From positions 171,583 to 235,582 of the forward strand of contig JBLDXI010000057.1 in assembly GCA_047495785.1 (NCBI GenBank): 64,000 bases of DNA, in the 5' to 3' direction. The stretch is from Lepidodermella squamata (taxonomy: Eukaryota; Animalia; Gastrotricha). Numbering within the stretch: position 1 is the stretch's first letter; the number at the start of each line of letters is the position of its first letter. The translations under genes and the position numbers were made by a program. The notes below the pieces were generated by a model. It was not told the DNA's origin and did not search any database. It saw only the letters and a program-made list of their open reading frames with translations. Positions 1 through 15,033 of the stretch are shown here, in pieces.

Positions 1-496
1 AATCGAATATTTTGTTTACTTTTCCTCCAAGCGCTGATGAATCAGCTGACCATCTGGCGCCCATGGCGTAGCACCCTTTTTCTCGTGTAGTAAGCAGTCT
101 ATCCTAAATTTTATGTCTACGGGTTACCACACGACCAAGGAATTATCCAGAATTATTATGTCTAAGAATTCTTCTTCCAAAATCAAAATCCATTTTCAAA
201 CGTTAAACGGCGCAAAATAATTTATTAATATGCCGTATTTTCGAGATATCCGCATGAGTGAAAGGAAGAAGAGAACATCGGTAGCTGCGAACCGGAAGGA
301 AATCATGCTATTAAATATTGCTGCCATGGCGAGAAAACATTAATGTTATTAAAGCACTTGACTGTTGTTCTCATCATCATGTGTAGCCTATAAAGCGCAA
401 ACATGTGCTCACCGCCCATTTAAACCCGCATTCTCATCAGGACAGCGGCTACAAACACTTTTAACTGCGACAGAAACATGTGCTACTTTTGTCATC

Positions 497-3400
497 ATGA
501 GCTATGAATATCAGCCAGACGAGGATGAAGAATATGAACAGCGATTATTCGAGCAACAAGATCCGGTCATCAGGGAGATATTCAAGAGGCACGAGTTCGC
601 TAAGCGAGAGCGACGTGAGCGGTATTACCGAATTGAACTCGATAAAGTTATGACTCGGGTGTCGAAAATCTGCTCTCAATTCGATAAAAATGGCGCAGAG
701 GAGGGGAAATTCGTCAGAGTGATAGACGACCTGGTAAGACAAGAACATTGATGCTTTACAAATTTAGCTGTTGATATCAACTTTCAGGACGAATTTGAAG
801 CTGAACTGTTAGATCCGGAGAAGAAGAATGCTCACCGACACGAAATGCTGGTTCTGATAATTGGCTACCAAGTCAGCAACAAAGAGCGTTTTGGCTTGAT
901 TAAAAATGTTGGCGATGTAAGTAATTTGTTCAACGGTATAGCAATATCTTCATTGATTTATACTTCGACCAGTTTTTGAGAACAACCACGCAGAATTTGG
1001 TGGAGGAAGATGAGCCTAGCACAGGAGATCAGGTAAATTTGGTCTCGCCAACTTACGACCCGGATCACGGATTTCAAGAATTTGACTCTGCATTTCGACA
1101 AGCGATTCTTAAGGCCGAACAGCTGAAAATTATCTTCGAGCAAACAGTCGATTGCCTCGTCAAATATGCGACCGCAAAAGGAGGAAAGCTGCATAAAAAA
1201 ATAGAAGGAACTCTAAATCAAGCGAAAAATGAGATCAAGATGCTTCAAGACAAGCTAACTGCGGCGCATAATGAATTGGAGGACAGAAAGGACGCCCTGG
1301 TGAAGAACTTACGCGAACTGGAAGCCAAAAGAATAGAGATTGCGAAATATCGGAATGAGCTGGAAGAAGCTCAACGGAATCAAACTCGATTGGCCAACTT
1401 GGTCGAAGTCGTACAGGAAAAAGAGTCTCAAATTGAGCGACTGAATAGCAAGATAATGAACATGCAGTTTGATATCGACGACACTCACCATCAAATGGAA
1501 AACTTGCGGGCGTCAACTGAAGCTGAGATACTTGCATACCAGGATAAGGTCGAAGGGTTGGAAAAGCAGCTGCAGAAGAAGCAAGCCGCCCTTGAGAAGG
1601 CCAAAATGGACATGCAAGATTTACTGGATAAAGTTGTCCGAGAGCTGAACGAGAAAAACGCGGAAGCTCTAGACGCAATGGAAGCAGAGTATGAAGAAAA
1701 GATCGCCGCCATGGAGGTACGCTTTTTGGTTTTGATGATTGTTTGGCGTTTAATCTGATTGTATTTCTCATAGGAATCTCATAGAGCAGAGCTGCAGGAA
1801 ATGAGTAATAAAATTACGAAAATCATTGAAGAAAGTATGCAGCACCGTAACGTAAGTTCGACCAATTATTGAAAAAGGTGCCGATGCTAATTGTTAGATC
1901 TCAGTCTATTACTCCTGAAGATGGCGCGAAGCCAGCAGCTGATAAGCCGATTCTGAAATTGGTAAGGTTGAATAAATAATGCGTTGAACAATTAATATCA
2001 GGTTTGTTCTAGCTATCGGTCGTGACTCAAGAAGTCGCTGAGAAGGCTGAAAAACCTCCAGAAAAGCCTCCTGAAAAACCGAAGAAGAAGAGAAAAGTAC
2101 CATCGATATCCAGCACTGATATCATACGTGAAAACGCAGCTCTTCTTGCGACGGGGGGTGTTAACATTTCAATTTCTGACGACTCGCATTTCAGCACAAC
2201 CTCAGATGCAGACGAACTAAAGGCGAAATTCGCGAGATATAAAGAAAAAGTAAACAGTCAATGACATCAAGTCAAATACAAATTTGTAATATTGTTATTT
2301 TCAGGCTAAGGCGAGGATAAAAGAGCTTGAAGCTCAGCTAGCCGCAGCTGGCGTGGCCGCGAAGCAAGAAGCAGCAGAACTGGCGGCCGCTGAAGCCGCC
2401 GCTGCTGATCTAGTTGCAGCTGATAAAGCCTTGGAGGCAGAGCTTGCAAAAGTTGAAGTTGGAAGTACATCCTCAAGTGTATTTGCGAAGCAAAAGCCGG
2501 CATTGCCTGGTATAATTGAGTCCACTCCAATACCGGATACTGATTTGCTGCCCGTACCCGTCATCGAGCCGAAAGTGGACACAGTGAGCGCATTTTTAAT
2601 ATCGAAACCAGCTCGCTCATTTTCTTATCGTTTCAGATTCCTTCTCTTGGATCCAGCGATGAATTAGGACTAAAAACCTCTTTGACACTCCAACCATCAG
2701 TCTCGGCAGAGCCTCAGGAGTCTAAAGACGATGCAGCAAAAAAACCGGAGCCACCTCCTCGCAGTACTAAATTGAGCCATGCTGTATATAACACGGTATG
2801 ATCTGATGATTTCATAGCATGAGTATGACTTCAGGTTTTTCTCCCAGCTTAAACGACCTGACATCGGTATTAAACTTGCATCTATTGAAATTCTTGAGGA
2901 GCTTAAACGTAGCTATGCCGCTATTATCCAGCTTGGACAAGATACCTTTGATACGATACGCCATCTTGATTCCCGCAGTCTCAAAGGATATGATTTTCAA
3001 AGCAGCTTATGGAAGAGCATTTCTAAAAAATTGGATAGAAAGCTGCCAGGTAACTGGAGGCCAAGCAAAGAAGCTACTTCGTTTGGAATCGGAAGTAACC
3101 TGGCAAGAGTTCTTTCTGACCTCGAATATATGGAGGACGACATTGAACTGGCGGCGCGAATCACAGCTCATGTGAACGCCGTCGTTCAACAAATTCACTT
3201 CGCTTTTGATCGTTTGATCATTTTCTCGGGGAAAGAGCATGTAAGAAGTTATCTCCAAAAGTTGAGCTTAATATTCAAAGTTATATTTAGTCTGAGCATG
3301 AAGATGACAAGAGCTTGGATGTGTAAGTTCTTTTCTGGGTATGAGAATAATGGCTTAAACATTGTTACTTGAACAGTTCGATAAGACTTGAGAAGCAGAA

Positions 3401-4552
3401 GAAAGAGTTCGAACGCACATTAAGTGAAAAGGAACGGAGCATAACAGAGTTGAACGATAGAATCGAGCTGCTCAAGTTTCAGGTCGAACATCTGATGGCG
3501 TCGCAAAAAGCCCATGAATACGCAGTGATGTTCACGCGCCTGGATTTAGATAGAAATTCTCGCATCTTACAGCGAATGCCGGCAAATAAGCGAATCTCAA
3601 CGCAGCAAATCGAAGACGCCATACGGACCATGGAAGAATTTGTCGACATGCCCGTTCAAAGATTAGTGCAACTTATTGCTCAGCGCCGAAGAGAAGAGCT
3701 GCCAAACGCAAGTCCGCGAGCCGTGAAGGCAATTCTAAACGCAGCTGCTAATGACGTGGCGGAAGCTGCAACTGAACTCGGCCCGCTACTCGCAAGTGAT
3801 ATTGAAAAAATGGCTGAAGAGCGCATAAAATTGGCTGAGAATGTCATGGTGAAACTTCAAGAAATTGAACGTGAATCGGGTACATTTCTGATCAAGCCTT
3901 ACTTCAGCTATCCAGGGCAGCAGATACAGGACAGGGAGAAATTCAAAGTCAAAACGAGTCGACCAATGCAGGAATTTGAGCCTGTTTTGGCTGTAAATCA
4001 GCCAAATTCGAAGCAGCCACAGCAGACGACTGAATCTTGCAACACGTCAGCAACTCGCCGGCCTGTCCCGGCAGTTCTTGTTCAGAAGAGACGAAGTGGC
4101 AGTGTGAGCAAAGTTAGCGATATTACGAGCGGAATTAATGGTGAGAAGGTAGCTAAGCAACCGTCGCCTCCTCCACCTCAATGGCGCATGGATGAATCGG
4201 CCCATGTTGGGGATTTAGCGACAAGTATCATATCTCAATCCTCGCGACTTGAACAAATGGATGTGAAGCGTTATGTCGTGGCTCAAAATGCAGTAAGCAC
4301 TACCTTCCCGACAGAGCTGAAGGACAGTGCCCCGCCTGGTATGAAAACGGCTCGTGCATACTTCGGTCTAACTCGGGATCCTGTCATTCGTCTGTCAGGT
4401 CTGTCAGCATGTTGATTGGGCCTAGTTTGCATTACTTTTTTATTTCAGAGAATCCCGTTACATTCGTTTCTGTCACGCCAAATTACGCTACCCCTTCAAT
4501 CACGCCAGCAACTTCTGCATTGCCTCCCATTGCGATTCCAAAATTCTTCTAA
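497..4552 (+). CDS. Multi-exon uncharacterised coiled-coil protein (host gene)
   Basis: ATG at 497. The + ORFs 365-751, 976-1758, 2022-2264, 2353-2667, 3031-3372 and 3369-4415 are linked by roughly 50-nt GT..AG introns (e.g. 734-787). Long E/K/Q/L heptad-rich stretches. The final exon boundary is approximate. Confidence 0.7.
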
Positions 4553-4713
4553 AATTCATCAGAATTACACTTGAATTAAGTCTACCGGCACATCCAATTT
4601 CAAAAGAATCGCACACATTTTGATCAGTCGCTGAAACGAACCATTGATTTATTTTATTCAGGTTACATATTCAACTAACCTCTGATTGAGTCACACAAAA
4701 ATAAATATGGATG

Positions 4714-6439
4714 TTATTTTCCAAAGTAATTAGTAGTTATTTGCTCCGATTTTATGGCAAGATCTTCTTCGCTCTCGGCTGTAAAGAATTCATCCGGCAT
4801 GCGCAAGTAGCCGACCAACGGAACACTGACGGTAGCCAAAAAACATACAGCGAACCCGATCCAATTGACGGCGTACGCAACATACCAGGCGGTTTTGTTT
4901 CGCCGCAACCGACGACCGGCTTCGTATTCATGCTCTTTTGGGTCTGAGATTGCAGAGCGACGCCGCCACAGACGGTATCTCAACCTATTTAACGACCTTC
5001 TTGCTGAATAGATTGATGAGCGACTCGAAGGTCGGCTTTGTAAGATGTCCTGACGAGTGAAACGCTGACCACTTGGTTTCAGTGTCTGCATTGACGAATG
5101 GCTAGATCCAGTTGTTGCTGAAGATGCGTCGGAATCTTTGAAATGAAATTTAGCAGGATACGCAGCTCGTTTTAGAGATTTTAAGCCAGACACCAACATT
5201 TCGCCGATGTTGGGCAGCCCCCAGGGTGCTTTTATATATTCGCCTGGATCCACAATTGAAAGGCAGAGCGTTGTTGTTAGTATTGTAATAGCTGATGTGC
5301 ATAGAATAACAGTGAGGTAAATTGTTAGTAAACAATTAGCTGAGTTGTTAGGCAATTTTTCAGCGACCGTGACCTCAAATATCGCAACAGCCAGTACCGT
5401 TGTGACTGATTGAACAGGCCTGTCAACATAATGAACTGGGACCAAATAGGTCAGTAGGCTAATGACTGCCAGGACGCATGTTGGAATCAACACCGTAACA
5501 ATAAAGAAAACAGATTTCCGCTTAATGACTAGCACGAAGTGAACGCGACTGAATGATGTTCTTTCGCCGCTTTTGTAGAGCGTTGCGTAGCCAACACTCC
5601 TGTCAGCAACGAGCTCCCATACTTCTGCAATTTGAATGAAATATTTAAGTCAGAAGTTGTCATCGCTGTTAGCCTCACCGTTCTCAGCCAGCATGCCCAA
5701 AGAGACTGCATTAGGTCTGTCGTCTGTTCTTGTAATTAGCTTCAGCTCGCGGTCTTGATAAATGACCGATTCAAGAATGATCAAACATTGCTGAACGTCA
5801 AATGGGTAGAACCTGAGGTCGAAGTGGCAGCGCGTTGATGCTCGGCCGGTCGGATGATACCTTTCAATCCAATTTAACGTTCGAGATTCGAGGTACGACT
5901 AATTAGCGATAATTCTAAAGATCTTACCACACGTTTCCATCGTGAAGGACACGGAATGCGAACGAATAATCCTTCAATAGATCAAAGCCGCCAATAGAAT
6001 TGGCAATCTGTAATTGAGGAATCCATAAGACACCAGCTGGAATAACAATCTCGCGGAGGCCACCGAAATCTTGAGGAGCCCAAGCTAGACGAGGATCTTG
6101 CCAATTCTACGTTATCGTAAAAATGACACATGATGAAAATCATGAACAACTCACGAGCTGCAGTCGAATCGTAGAATGCAAAGTTTCAGCGGCTTCATCG
6201 ACTTGTTGAATGCGGACAATGTATAGCCGAGTTTTCACTATGAGAGTGAAGTTTCCCGCGAGTGGTACAGGCTTTGCTAGCTTTGAATAGCCAACTGAAG
6301 TTAACTTTCGAACGAGATCCAGTTCGTATGTTCGTGGCTTGCTGTTGATGGATGCCTCCCAGCTCGCCGGTAATCTCGCGAATGCCAGTTGAGTTATTTG
6401 AGTAAGAGCGATACCAATTAAAATATAATATTGAAACAT
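4714..6439 (-). CDS. Cys-loop ligand-gated ion channel subunit, paralog 1 (nAChR/5-HT3-like, non-alpha)
   Basis: Signal peptide; WQDPRLAW; WIPQLQIAN; Cys-loop CHFDLRFYPFDVQQC at about 5786-5830; M1-M3, cytoplasmic loop and M4 in ORF 4714-5535; short introns. Confidence 0.92.
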
Positions 6440-7373
6440 CGCGCACTTGTCCCTGATTGAAAACTAGAGCGGCAGCAATTTCACTCCGCGCTCATCAACC
6501 CAGTCAGTCCCACAGGGCAAAGCGAGTAGATCTTTCCGCACTTACTTATAAGTCTATTCGCACTGCATGTGAATAAATTCGATAACAACACTTTCTATAC
6601 ATTGCGAGCGAAGAAGTTTTAGGGCGGTACCGGTTTCGAATCGCCAAAATTTATTTCTAACACATATTGTTATGATACCTCACTTCGCAATACGAAACGG
6701 TTTAAGATATAAACAGCAAACCGTTCAATGAATAAACAATTTAGTATAGTTTCGCTTACTTCCCTAGCTTCTTGCTCACAATTCGGAGCTTCAGTATAAA
6801 CAGTAAACAATAAAACAGTATTTTTTCCGATGGGCAGAAATCGAATTACTGATACGCTTTACTTGTAGTCGTACTGTAGGTGTGAAGTCGTACTGTATAG
6901 CTTATAAGATAAACCGTATTTGCCCAGGAAAAATACGACTTCCGAGACCAAAAAACATAATTATCCTGCTACTTTGCTCATTCAATTCAGATAGTAGTAA
7001 GGGTCATAGATAGTATGATTAGGGCGCAAATTTTTTTTCGGTGCAAGTTCGAGGGTTTAATTCTTCAAAAAATGCAGGGTAAGCGGGTAATAAAGAAAGA
7101 GGAAATCAATCACTGCCATTTTCATGTTTTATTGCTCTTCATGCTGCGCTTTCCTTGACTTATGCCGAGAGTTTCATTTCCGCGATTGCTTTATCGCTTA
7201 TAATTGACCGGAGTAATGAGTATTCGGACGCGGCTAAAACAATTAATTGTAAAACCAAGGTATAATATTTATTCCAATTACTATGACTCAACATTATAGG
7301 AAAATGACTCGTCAAAATGTTAAGTAATCGTTTATTCCTCTGAGTTCTCACAACGTTGGGCGTAAGACCTAAG

Positions 7374-10300
7374 TTACATGCGGGTCATGTATATTGGTGG
7401 GATACTGCCGCGTTTGTGTCCAGTCAATAAATCCCCAAAGCCCTCCGTATGAGAGTATCCAAAACCCGTTCCCGAGTCTCGGAATGAATCGCCGCTCAGA
7501 CGAGGTCGAGTTCGCCGGCGCATGGATGTCGTCGATCGCACACTTCCCGAAATCGGTAGAGATACAGTATCTCGAATTGGCGCAGGGTGCATTTCTACGC
7601 TCTGCTGAGTCGTCAATTTTGGTGCCGCTTCCTGCTGTTCCGCTTCCTTTCGCTTCTTGCCACCTCCCAGCAGCAGCCGGAATACTTTGACTATGAAAAT
7701 ATCTCTTTCGCCATTTTCTTTCTCTCTGACTGCGTCTGTCAGCGTTGGCATAATGCAGCGAACAGCGTAGGACAATGCGATGCCAGGTAGAATCGCCATC
7801 GTAATCGCGCTCAAGGAAGCAAGCCACGTTGGGCCAAAATTCAGAGCAGCATATTGGGCGCCTTCGTAATCGTACTGAGCTCCGAATAGCCAGTAAACAA
7901 CTGGGCCGAAAGCAAAAACGCTGATCCAATAGATCAGAAGGGAACCCCATAATGTGATATGGCTCCAAATTGTCCAGTAGGCTGTTTCCTGGGCACAGCG
8001 AATCGTAACCAATGACAGTGTGGTGAATCCTAAGGTGAATGAAAAAGTTCGAAGATCAGCCAACTCAACTGAAGCTGCGGCCCAACGGGATCCACTTGAC
8101 GGAATATTGTACGCCGATGTCCCATAATGAACAAAGAAAACACAGGCAGCTGAGTACAGACTGTCGATGAAAGTCAATGTTAACGAGCGAATGTTGAGCA
8201 TCGAATTAGACAGGCCGACTTCATACAGCAGGGGGAAAGAGAGCAAACCAGTCGAGCTGACATCCTGGTCGCTAGCACCGAGAATAATGCATGGCAAAGC
8301 CGTGTAGATTGTATTGAATAGACCAACAAATAGAGGGTCAAATGCAGTCTAGAAGTCACATGAGCGGTTATAAAACGTAAAGATATAATAATACTATTTA
8401 CTTGAGCAGTACCGCCGCAAAAAAACGCGAAGAAGAAATGCCCCAGTGTGAATGTAAGGTTCTTGTAGAGAAAATAAAGCACAAATGTCGCCATTCGAGC
8501 ATAGCTCCAGCGGCCGTGGACAAGGAGTAATTTGGCAAGAAACCGAAACTGGGCGATAGCATAGTCACTAGATAGTACAGCTTGAAGCCCTTCTCGTCCA
8601 GCTATTCCAACACCGATATTCGCAGCTGTTCGAAGGGAAAATTCATGTAAGTAGGCACTGAGGCAATAAATTTACCTCGAATCATGGGCACATCGTTTGC
8701 TCCGTCTCCAATAGCGCAAGTTCTCGCATGCAGCTGGCGACGAAATAGCTCAACCACTCTCGCCTTAGATAACGGGGTCATCCGGCAGCAAATTACGGTA
8801 GAACACCGCCCGGCAACCTTAACGAATAGATCAGTCAGATTACTTCCACCGACCTCGTTGCCCTCTTCATCGTCTTCTGTGTCTGAAAATACGTCGCTTC
8901 CAGTTGCATTCGTTGGAATAGTCCCCGAGCTGGTTGGGCTTTCTGTGGCTTTCTTCTTATTCAAGTGAGGCAAGATGGAATCCTAAATAAAGTAGAAAAT
9001 GTGCAAAAGCTTCAATTAATAATGCAAATTTTACCAATGCCCCGCCGGTTATTGATAGCCCGAAAACTGGACCCTCGCCATTTTGAGCCTCGCTTTCGCG
9101 TGGTTTCTTATCAGTCGAGAAGAAGCCGTCGAATGTTTCCGCCATGTTCGTGCGAAAACGCTGTAAAGCACTCATGTCACGTCTTGCTACACTGGGGCGA
9201 GGTGGAGCTTTGTACGGCTTGCCTTCCATTTCCTGGTACAACCGTGCCAACATACCTGGAACGCGGTGTTTCGCAGCGTCATCGTCGTTTATCACGGTTA
9301 AATTTGTGTCTGCAGCCAGCAAATTGCAAGAATACCCAATATTGATAGCCGTCTCTTGCTTGTCTCCAGTTAGAACCCACATCCTAATACCAGCATTAAG
9401 AAGCTGCTTAATAGCCAGCGGAACCCCGTCTTGCAGCTTATCCTCGATGGCCGTCGCGCCGATTAGAGTAAAATCACGCTCTATTTCGTTGTAGACCTCT
9501 CGAACCTTTTCGTCTCGTTCACCAATCGCAGACTCGGCTTCTTCGCATCTAGCCTTCCACTGAGCAAACTCATGCTCCTTCAAGATGCGCATTCCAAATA
9601 CCAAAGTACGAAGTCCCTTCTCTGCGAAGTCTCTCAAGTGACCGGTGGTTCTTTCGATCATTTCCTCTTGGTTCGGGGCTGCGAACGGAAACAAAGACGA
9701 ATCGGCACCTTTGCAATACAAAATTATGACCGATTCGTCATCAGGGTCACGAATGATCACGGACATCCGTTTTCGCACGTTATCAAAATCGAGAAGATGC
9801 AACAGCTGAAACTTGATGATGCGAGACGATCTGTTGGTATTTGGAACAGGCTCTGCTATTGTTAAAGATTCAGCATCACGTTCCTGAAGTACGTAGCCGA
9901 ATGACCTTGCCCCTGATATTAAAGCGTTCTCGTCAGGCGACTGAGCTTGGTATATGAATGTTGTAGAGCCATCTGTTGAGTCTGGCCTCGGTACACGACT
10001 TGGTACAACCGTGCTGCATAGTGCCATAAGTCTAAAATAGTGCTGCAGCATTCTCCCGTGAGTTGAAAGCGAGCCTAAATTAATTAGCCGATTAACTACA
10101 TGTTTCTATATCGAAGTTTGAAAATATGTTACCTTGTTGCAAAATTGCTTCGACCAAACGACTGTCGTAAAATACAAAAGATGGATCTGCGTCGGGGGTG
10201 AGGGTCGAAATCAAGTCGAGACGCGGGAAAGTTGCGCCCTCTTCATATGGGTCGACATCAGTACCAGTGGCCTCGTCCAAAACATCACCGTATTTCACGC

Positions 10301-11964
10301 CGTAAATCGAACATTTATTGAGGGTCATTACATTTTGCGTCAATGTGCCAGTTTTGTCGGAAAAGACGTACTGAATCTGGCCGAGTTCCTCGCTCAGGCT
10401 GGTATTTCTCACATCAGCAGCTGTATCAGTCTCCTCGTACCACATGTCCTTGTCCCACATTATGAAGAAACTTTGAGCCAGACGAACGATTTCAACACTA
10501 ACGTAAAGTGATACCGGCACGAATGTATTGAAAAGGATGAAATAGCTCAAAAATTGCATGATCGCACGCACTATGAAAGCTCCGGCTATGTTGCTAGGCA
10601 TGAATGACTCCCAAGGCTGGTAAATTTGAAACCGCATTCCAGTATCACGTTCCCAGGCCAGGCTGTAGAGTGTGCAAATGAAACAGCACACTAACATTGA
10701 TATGAAAATTCCGATGACAGCGCGGTTCAGGAATACGTCGACAGAAGTTGTTTTGAACCGCTTCGCACCTGAGTTTTTCATCAACTTCGTATCCTTGCCG
10801 GTGAAAATGACCAAGCCGTAGACCCACTCTGTTGCTCGCAAGGTGCAACCTCTTAGAAGGATGTTGTCGTTAGTTAGCGCCTTTTTCGAATACATGCTAG
10901 CATCGGGCGCTTTGGAAACAGGCCCATTCCAAAGGACCCCTTCAAATTTCGATAAATTATTGTTTGGAGGTTCGCAGTGTACTTCGCATCGATAGCCAGA
11001 AATTTGCTCGCGGATTAATTGCGAGTTACTAGCAATGCTGGCCGGAAGTACGTCCGTAGCTTGCCGAACTTTCAAATTCGTTTCCCTTAAATATTAAATA
11101 GCTGTGAAATTAATAATATGATAACTGAGCTCGCTTGGTTTTACCCGTCCAATTCAGCAGTCTCAATTAGGCAAAATCCACTTGGCTCACTAGTTAGTAA
11201 TACTACCATGTCCGCCTGATGAGTCATATAAACTGTCAAGATCTCAAGAGGGAGAGGTTAATCATCGCTTACCGTTACAGCTTCGTCTTTTTTCAGCAGT
11301 ACTATATCACCGACTAGGACATTGTGCCAGGCTTTGACAACTTCCTGACCATGTCTGAGCAACGTGACTTTTCGATTGTTGATTTTTTTATCACTGGTGT
11401 GTCTCCTCTGGGAATTAAAAAGAGACATTACATCCACCCAGTCATCGTTAAATTATTATGTTACCAAGTCATCGACTCCATCTTTTATAGCAGTTACCGC
11501 CAATACGAAAAGAAGCGGCAGCAGTGTTGTGACCGGGTTGAGTGATGTGATTTGTGGAATAAACTGTTTAATTAAGGGAAAAATTCATTATAAAATCGGA
11601 GCATTTGTTGGGAAAACAGGGTTACCTGTAGGCCTAGAAGTAGAAGAAAATACAAATTCGCAAACCGATGAAATTGCTCAAACAGATTGAGTGGCAGGAA
11701 TGTGTAGAAAGTATATTTGGAAGTTTTAATTCTGTTATTCTGAGCGTTCAAAAATAATGCGTAAACGAAAATATTTCCGTGAATTATTAAAAAATTACAG
11801 CATATTTTTTGGCGAAATTAGCCTCGGGATCGTTTGATGCCACTATTCTCAGCGTCTCTGCCTCTGGCTCTAAATTTTATATTAAAAATAAATAAATCGC
11901 GCTGGTGCAAAAATGTCAATTTCATACGTTTTCGCTTGAAGAAATTTCGGAACCAAGCCGCCAT
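7374..11964 (-). CDS. P4-type ATPase phospholipid flippase (ATP8/class-1-like), multi-exon
   Basis: Motifs DGET (split by an intron), [52 protein letters not shown] and IGDGANDV, plus C-terminal TM helices. Confidence 0.96.
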
Positions 11965-12692
11965 GGTGAATTTCTTATCTAAATTAAGTTCGCTTGTTTC
12001 TTTGCATCTAACCGAGGTATAGCTGTGAGAACGAGACATTTGAATCACAGCAATTTTTATCACTGGCTCCGTTAATATTTTAGCATAATTGCCTTGCTAA
12101 GCAATATTGTCCGGGCGTTACGCTAAGAAAAGCAGGGAAATGGGCGGCAATAAATCGTAACATTCCTCGAGTGCGTGTTTGTGGGTAAATATACCTTGAG
12201 ATGGATATTGCAGGTATGTAGCAAAAAACGCAAGCGAAGTCACGCTACACGGCACACGGCTAATAACTGTGAGATGAATTATTCCGGCTGTATGTGGGGC
12301 AATGTCACTCGCTAGTGCCGATTTACAATACTACACATCCTACAACCAAGTGCGCGAGAGCCGCCTTATCTTCGACATCCCGCTGCCGCAGCGATAACCG
12401 GTCTCATATTAGTGCCGTAATATTGAAACAAGTCGCCCACGCACATCTGCTGGCACATTTCTTATCGCTGACCAACTGCGGTGAGCTGTCAGCCACTAGG
12501 CGTTTAATCAGAGTGCTTACTCTTGAAATTGCACTGAATCAGCGTCGTGTTCTCAATGGCGGTCACCTTAAAGTGGCAAATCATGTTTTATCAGGTCACA
12601 CCTCGCATGATTCAAAACTTGAAAAATTTTATTCATTGCAAGCGAACTAGTAACAGACAACTAGAAAGTCCGAAAAATTGAGCAGCATTGTT

Positions 12693-14241
12693 TCATAACT
12701 CGGTACCGTTCAGCTCCTGTAATAATAAAAAGTGGTTTTTATTTCAATGAACGGCATTCAAGAAGCATTTACCTTACTTGAGTCTTGCTGGGTGAAGTAT
12801 TGCCGCCTTCAACTGGCAAGACGCCGCTGGCAGTGATAACTGGTGGCTGGACGGGGCGATCGTTCGAGTCAGTCGCAAGGTTATTCATGCGATTGTATAC
12901 TTCGAAGCCTTCCAGCAAACGGCCGTATACGACGTGCTAAGATTTTCGTAAAGAAAATATTTAAAATTCGATATTTAAATATTAAACTTTTTAAAAATTG
13001 TAGGTAATCTTGAAAATGAATTTTCGCATACAGAAAAATAAGCTATCAGAGTTTTGTGCTGTTTTTGTAGTGAAGATTTAATTTTCTATCAAAAAATAAT
13101 CAATTTCCTATTTTATATCAATTTTCATTATTTCTAAATGTTGGCCAAGATTTTTTTATTTTATTTTAATTTATTTCCAGTTCTCACTTTGCCGTCGAGC
13201 CATGGCGTCGGTTCAGCAGTGATCGAAAATTGGCAACCGTTCGTATTAGGGCCGTGATTGACAGTAGACAACAGGTAGCCTATGGATATTTATTTGAATT
13301 TCTTCAAATTTGAGTCGGATTTCGTTTGTTAATTACCTTGGCTGTGTTGTAACGTGAAGGCTTCGTCGTCGAAGTAGCGCGTGCCATAAATCGTAATGAA
13401 TCCGTAGCCATCGCCCGAAATTATATCACCGCCCTGAACAAAATGTAAAAAAAAATATCGAATGATTCACAAGCTGGGAATATAAAATATTGCACGCAAA
13501 CAACCAACTTGAATTTACATTAAAAACTTAGCTCCATACATTTTAAAATCGGATGATTATTCACAAATTTGATTTGGAGAATTTCAGCGAAATTTATTTG
13601 AATTTTTTAAATTAATCGGGAAATTCCAGAAAATTCGGAAAAGGCAGATTTTGGTGAATTAACTGTTATTTCAAATTTGGTGCCGCTTCCAGTCAACTTT
13701 GGCGCCACAATAGGCAATTCGGTTCGGCTGGAAATTAGGAAAAAAAAACAAATTTATTTAAAATTGTAACAATGTCTCTATTTCTAACAAATCCAGTCTA
13801 TTTTCCCAAAGTGTGTTCGCAAATTCCAATTTGTTAAAAGCAACGTATTCGCCTCGCAATTTGTCAGCCCGATTATTATACCTGGCAGATAAAATTCTTG
13901 ATGATTCGATGGAAAATCGAGTTGACGTAGGTGAGTTTTCTGCCAGAGTAAGAATCGCGTTTCTTGCCCTCGGCCATCGTCTTGAAGTTCAGCACAGTCT
14001 TGGGCGCCACCTCGCCGAACAGGCCGATGACCAGCCGGCCGATCGCCTCATTTCCAACTGAAATGTCGAAATATACTTTGTCCGTAATTTTCGCCTTCAT
14101 CGGATCCTAAATTGTGGCGGAGAAAATGAATAAAATTGTAGAAATCGAGCTAAGATTGAATAAAATAAAGCGCACCCTTTCTGGTGGGACATCGGCGATA
14201 ACGGCGGTTGCAAAAATGGCGAGAAGAATTAACCGCGACAT
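12693..14241 (-). CDS. Secretory-pathway cyclophilin-type peptidyl-prolyl isomerase (cyclophilin B-like, divergent)
   Basis: Signal peptide [16 protein letters not shown]; ITDKVYFDI; [11 protein letters not shown]; [14 protein letters not shown]; NGCQFSIT; WLDGKHVVYG; predicted C-terminus GTEL. Confidence 0.9.
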
Positions 14242-15033
14242 ATCTGTGTAATAATTTTCCTCTAAATGTTCAGTGCAGAGTCGAAAAATGAAAAATTGTG
14301 CTATGCGACGTGCTGTCAAGTGGCAACAGTCTGGCACGTGAGTGCGTCAATAGGTCAACGGCGTAACAACGAGGCATTACGTGCGCTAACATGGCGCAGA
14401 TCCGACTATGTTTACTCAGTAGCAGGGGCGGTTACTCAATGCTGTCAAGTGAGAAAATTCTAGAACATGGAATTTTATTCAGCGAAAAAATCGTTTCTAT
14501 TACTGGTAATATTTCACGGTTCATAGAGCAGCTACAGAAATTGATTGGCCGGAAATGGGTTTGAAAAATGTAGCGATTTTTTTTATAAAAAACAAGAAAT
14601 TTAATATGTCATTAGATTTCATGAATTTTCATATATTTTCTCATTGAAGAAATATTAAAAATATTAGGATGAACCGCTATATATTTTTTTCTACGCGCCA
14701 CAAGCTGTGATTTTATTTAAGCATGCTGTCAAATAAATCCCAAATTATTCATGTCAAATATGTGTTGAGAAATAAAAGAAATGTTAATGAAGTTATTTCA
14801 ATAATTCTCAGCGACATCACGCTCAAGGCTGGAACTCGACCGGCTTTGTGCGCTGATTTGTAGGAAATATTTCAAAAAGACATGATCAGAAAGAGTGTCA
14901 TTTTTAGAGAGGTCATTTTTATTGAAAAAAATAACAATAAAAGTAATTTTATCATTCTCAAATAAGTATAAAAATATTGAATAATTGGCTTTACGCTGTT
15001 TCAAGGTTGATTCATTTACATCCGCCGGAAGAA

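Noticed and set aside
12294-12650. 118-aa + ORF between the flippase and the cyclophilin
   Set aside because: No recognisable domain or confident exon structure
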